Shown: positions 63,516 to 64,000 of the stretch, piece after piece
Layout: each line of letters opens with the position of its first letter
How positions within the stretch are numbered: position 1 is the stretch's first letter
Source of the DNA: Vezdaea acicularis
Taxonomy: Eukaryota
Direction of reading: 5' to 3'
DNA: 64,000 nt
Assembly (NCBI GenBank): GCA_026025075.1
Contig: JAPEUI010000007.1
Span: 62,001 to 126,000 of the forward strand
The notes under the pieces: model-generated
The model's input: only the letters and a program-made list of their open reading frames with translations
What the model was told of the DNA's origin: nothing
Databases searched by the model: none
Program-made: the position numbers and the translations under genes

Positions 63516-64000
63516 CTAACTCAGTAAAGGTGTATTCTCATCTCCACCCTTCTTTCTCCTCCTTCGGCGTTTCTTTTTATTACTCGAACCCTCGTTGGAG
63601 TCATTTGCTTTAGAGAGGGGGTTTGTCTGCTCATTTCCTCCGTTTTCCCCGCTCTCTTGCCTATTGGGAGATCCTTCAGTGTCAGAACTACTTGTCGTTT
63701 CTAAGACGACTTTTCGAATTCCTCGAGCCTCGACAACGTTCTCAGTTATACTGCCGGATCTAGCTACGGCTGACCGATTCCGAGACCTTGAATCCGTACC
63801 GCTCCGCATGGATTCCAAAGTGTCCGTCGAGCTACTACTATCGTGGTTTATTTGGGGTGTTGGAGTGTGAGTACGACCATTCTCAGCGTACTGGCCAGGT
63901 TTAAGGACCCTTTTGGGCGATATGTTACCTTTGCTAAGCCCCTCTGGACTTTGCGATAACCGCGGAGGGTGACCTTCCAGGGTTCCATATCCAGTTTGTA
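63516..64000 (-). CDS. 3' end of a gene running off the window, probably a MAM3/CNNM-like DUF21-CBS protein C-terminus
   Basis: Terminal low-complexity segment with RSGSITENVVEARGIRKVVLETTSS and KKKRRRRRKK..ENTPLL*, recalled as typical of the fungal Mam3-like tail. The core domains lie outside the window. Confidence 0.5.
   Translation of the reverse strand, partial: QTGYGTLEGHPPRLSQSPEGLSKGNISPKRVLKPGQYAENGRTHTPTPQINHDSSSSTDTLESMRSGTDSRSRNRSAVARSGSITENVVEARGIRKVVLETTSSSDTEGSPNRQESGENGGNEQTNPLSKANDSNEGSSNKKKRRRRRKKGGDENTPLLS

Overview
Gene-dense eukaryotic DNA from a filamentous ascomycete (Pezizomycotina-type short GT..CTRAY..AG introns, about 25 protein-coding genes in 64 kb). Most genes are conserved housekeeping genes: an F-box protein, proteasome alpha-3, a WW/FF protein, LUC7, GPI16, a BAR-PH protein, an RBR E3 ligase, a CTF1beta/FarB-like Zn2Cys6 factor, a SWF1-like DHHC enzyme, GEM1/Miro, PEPCK, a SIRT5-like sirtuin, PAN2, IND1, BFR2, an ExgD-like GH5, a HECT E3, REI1, a KCH-family protein, BCKDH E1-beta, a histidine phosphatase and the 3' end of a probable MAM3/CNNM gene. 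I found no tRNA, rRNA, CRISPR array or intact transposon. The most unusual feature is a tandem pair of intronless, secreted-looking Cys-rich paralogues (39.3-42.3 kb) with three copies of an 8-Cys module I do not recognise, a shared C-terminal motif and dibasic Kex2-like sites. Other oddities: a 153-aa His/Gly/Asn repeat tail on PEPCK, an RS-like 24-nt minisatellite exon spliced in frame to the RBR ligase, a 15-nt skippable microexon in LUC7 and a start codon split by an intron. All identifications come from recognising motifs by eye; no database searches were run, and exon boundaries are manual predictions.
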